Shown: piece after piece, positions 62,003 through 64,000 of the stretch | How the letters are laid out: each line of letters begins with the position of its first letter | Numbering within the stretch: the first letter of the stretch is position 1 | DNA from: Ignavibacteriota bacterium | GTDB taxonomy: Bacteria > Bacteroidota > Ignavibacteria > Palsa-1295 | Assembly (NCBI GenBank): GCA_963787835.1 | Contig: CAWBEI010000003.1 | Coordinates: 288,001 to 352,000, forward strand | Reading direction: 5' to 3' | Length of the DNA: 64,000 nucleotides | Made by a program: the position numbers and the translations under genes | The notes under the pieces: generated by a model | The model's input: the letters and a program-made list of their open reading frames with translations, nothing else | Databases searched by the model: none | Told to the model about the DNA's origin: nothing

Positions 62003-62102
62003 TCATTGCAAGTAGCAGGTACGAGCGACGAAGCAATCTCCAAAGATTAAGTTGAATCTCAATGGATTGCTTCGTCGTCCCTCCGGGACTCCTCGCAATG
62101 AC
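62003..62102. repeat. GTCATTGCGAG-family palindromic element
   Basis: TCATTGCAAG...CGACGAAGCAATC...GATTGCTTCGTCG...CTCGCAATGAC. Confidence 0.8.
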
Positions 62103-62138
62103 GTTCATTAGAATGACTCTATCAGAGATTCTTTGGAT

Positions 62139-62573
62139 CTAATCCTCAATATTCTTCGAGCGCATTCGCTTTTTCTCGCCGGCTAATTTCTTCGAATGCA
62201 ACCGTGTCTCTTTCGCAGTTCGGGAAGGTTTTGTTTTCTTTCGGGATTTGGGCCGCTCCATGGCTCCTGCAATGAGCGATGCCAGCTTCTCTAATGCTGC
62301 CTCTTTATTCCGAAGCTGACTTCGGTACGATTGGGAATTTACATGCAGTTTACCAGACGAATCCAGGCGCGTAGCAAGCTTCGGGAGCAACCAGGCTCTG
62401 TCTTGCTCCGCAATAGATGGCGAATGCTCAAGATCGAATGAAAGCTCGGCCTGCGTGGAAGTCTTGTTCACATGCTGACCGCCGGGACCGCTCGACCGCG
62501 TGAAGGCGATCTCGATCTCCTCCAACGGAATGCTAAGTCTGCTATTGATGCGAAGGGAGTGTTCTTCTGTCAT
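62139..62573 (-). CDS. arfB: Alternative ribosome rescue factor ArfB
   Basis: RSSGPGGQHVNK, RSQLRNK, basic C-terminal tail. Confidence 0.94.
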   Translation of the reverse strand: MTEEHSLRINSRLSIPLEEIEIAFTRSSGPGGQHVNKTSTQAELSFDLEHSPSIAEQDRAWLLPKLATRLDSSGKLHVNSQSYRSQLRNKEAALEKLASLIAGAMERPKSRKKTKPSRTAKETRLHSKKLAGEKKRMRSKNIED

Positions 62574-62929
62574 TACCCTGCTTTCGGAAAAAATACGCGA
62601 ACGTACGCCGCGAAAATCAGGAATATAATAATAACATGCACCCCAATTCGTAAAAGTGCTCCTCCGCCCGCATCCAGTTTGGAGATCATTTTAAGAGTGC
62701 CACGAATAACCGGCTCGATAATGCGAAGCGCAAACGCAAAAACGCCGATCACGCCAACCATGAGTAACAGCGCTTTGATGTACGGCGAAAGCGTGAGGTG
62801 CGTCAGGGTGTCCGTCATTATTCCTTCGGCAAGGCCAAGCAAAAGGCCCGTTTCCAGCAGCACTAAGGCGCGCCGCGTTGGGACGGCTTTATTCGCCGCC
62901 TTTGCAATTGGGCTTTTTTTCGCAGGCAT
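62573..62929 (-). CDS. Small three-TM membrane protein
   Basis: Start taken at MPAKK; upstream start overlaps the SRP RNA. Confidence 0.7.
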   Translation of the reverse strand: MPAKKSPIAKAANKAVPTRRALVLLETGLLLGLAEGIMTDTLTHLTLSPYIKALLLMVGVIGVFAFALRIIEPVIRGTLKMISKLDAGGGALLRIGVHVIIIFLIFAAYVRVFFPKAG

Positions 62930-62952
62930 GAAAAACTGGGGTAATAAAAAAA

Positions 62953-63052
62953 GGGACCAAGCTGGCCACGTCACCCGCGGACTTCGCTGAGAGCTGCTTC
63001 CTTCCGGACCTGACTCGGTTGGGCGTGTCCGCGCCGCGTGGGACTCGGTCCC
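62953..63052 (-). ncRNA. ffs: SRP RNA (4.5S)
   Basis: Minus strand TCAGGTCCGGAAGGAAGCAGC; GGGACC/GGTCCC terminal stem followed by a T-run. Confidence 0.95.
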
Positions 63053-63123
63053 TAAACTTCTATTTTCAACGGTAAATGGAACGCACGTAACGGGATGGCT
63101 TGAGGCGAGGTTCCGGATGATCG

Positions 63124-63642
63124 CTACTTCCTATCGAACCCCAGTGCCACCGAATTCATGCAATAGCGCAGCCCGGTTGGTTGCGGGCCATCGTCGAAGA
63201 CGTGGCCCAAATGGCTGCCACAGCGGGCGCAGAGCACTTCGGTGCGCGCCATGCCGAAGGTGTTGTCGGTCTTTTCAATGACGCGGGTGGAATCGATCGG
63301 CGCCCAGAAACTCGGCCAGCCCGTGCCGGATTCGAATTTCGTATCCGAACTGAACAATGGGTTCCCACATGCCGCGCACACAAAGATCCCATGCCCATGC
63401 TCATTGAGTAATGTTCCGGTGAACGGGCGCTCCGTGCCTGCATTCCGAAGAACGTCGAATGCTGCCGGTGAAAGTGTCGCTTGCCACTCTGCATCGCTCT
63501 TTTGAACTTTATCGCTCGCTTTCGGATAAGTAGAAAGATCGAAATTCGATGGATTCCCATTCGTAGGAACACTACCCGCAGGCTTCTGCGCGCAGGCGGT
63601 TAGCGTGGATAGTAAAAGTAGTGCGTATAAAGTAATTTTCAT
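63124..63642 (-). CDS. msrB: Peptide-methionine (R)-S-oxide reductase, lipoprotein
   Basis: GTERPF, SGTGWPSF, HLGHVFDDGP, RYCMNS; lipobox LTAC. Confidence 0.95.
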   Translation of the reverse strand: MKITLYALLLLSTLTACAQKPAGSVPTNGNPSNFDLSTYPKASDKVQKSDAEWQATLSPAAFDVLRNAGTERPFTGTLLNEHGHGIFVCAACGNPLFSSDTKFESGTGWPSFWAPIDSTRVIEKTDNTFGMARTEVLCARCGSHLGHVFDDGPQPTGLRYCMNSVALGFDRK

Positions 63643-63670
63643 AATAAATCTAAAAACAATTTTATTTCTC

Positions 63671-63798
63671 TGTCATTGCGAGGAGAATCGAACGACCAAA
63701 GGGAGTTCGATTCGACGAAGCAATCTCTCCGCTGTAAGATGGAGATTGCTTCGTCAATCATTCTCCGCTTCGCTACGAATGATTGCCTCGCAATGACA
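63671..63798. repeat. GTCATTGCGAG-family palindromic element
   Basis: First 27 nt are the exact reverse complement of the right end of the 58178-58321 copy. Confidence 0.85.
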
Positions 63799-63813
63799 TT
63801 TGAACAAGATTCA

Positions 63814-64000
63814 TCATTCTTCATTCATCATTTCTTCCCCCGTCCCATCATTCCCCGAAAGAATAACGACGCACTCTCCTTTCACGGATTCCGGAAAGCG
63901 TTGTTCCACTTGGGCGAGCACTTCGGGTATCGTCCCACGCACAAATTCTTCATGAATTTTGGTGATCTCCCGCGCTAACGCGACCCTCCGCAACGGCCCG
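63814..64000 (-). CDS. rsmI: 16S rRNA (C1402) 2'-O-methyltransferase, 3' part
   Basis: Hand translation AREITKIHEEFVRG...KGECVVIL...EEMMNEE-stop. Confidence 0.85.
   Translation of the reverse strand, partial: GPLRRVALAREITKIHEEFVRGTIPEVLAQVEQRFPESVKGECVVILSGNDGTGEEMMNEE

Noticed and set aside
23840-63052. Co-location of ssrA, rnpB, ffs, ffh, arfB and rsfS as a translation quality-control supercluster
   Set aside because: Spread over 40 kb among unrelated genes; not distinguishable from ordinary core-gene density.
58172-63978. Short ORFs such as CHCEENRTT...DEAIS at 58172, 61857, 63605, 63639, and the ORF at 40487
   Set aside because: They are translations of the palindromic repeats, not genes.

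Overview
64 kb of mostly core chromosome from an FCB-group bacterium, most likely on the Chlorobi/Ignavibacteria/Kapabacteria side. This placement is inferred from T9SS porU-porV plus several CTD cargo genes, a tmRNA tag ending YSYAMAA, an RNase P RNA lacking P18, and TTGACA-17-TATATT promoters. The window holds housekeeping genes (recG, rnr, rlmB, dxr, pyrE, ffh, purB, hutU, argS, rsfS, arfB, msrB, partial rsmI), three stable RNAs (tmRNA, RNase P RNA, SRP RNA), a GH38/sugar-kinase cluster, two small type II TA pairs, a frameshifted clcA and several short palindromic repeat families. No integrase, transposase, Cas gene or CRISPR array was seen. The least explained signals are: (1) two diverged, inverted copies of a ~240-260 nt non-coding element (19718-19956 + and 24419-24676 -), each with its own sigma70-type promoter, hairpin, boxA-like motif and conserved stem blocks; (2) a REP-like hairpin inserted inside the tmRNA; (3) a relE TA cassette between purB and a synonymously recoded duplicate of the purB 3' end; (4) an rsfS that appears to start at ATC and carries Lys/Ala-rich tails. 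All family assignments come from motif recognition by eye; no database search was run.
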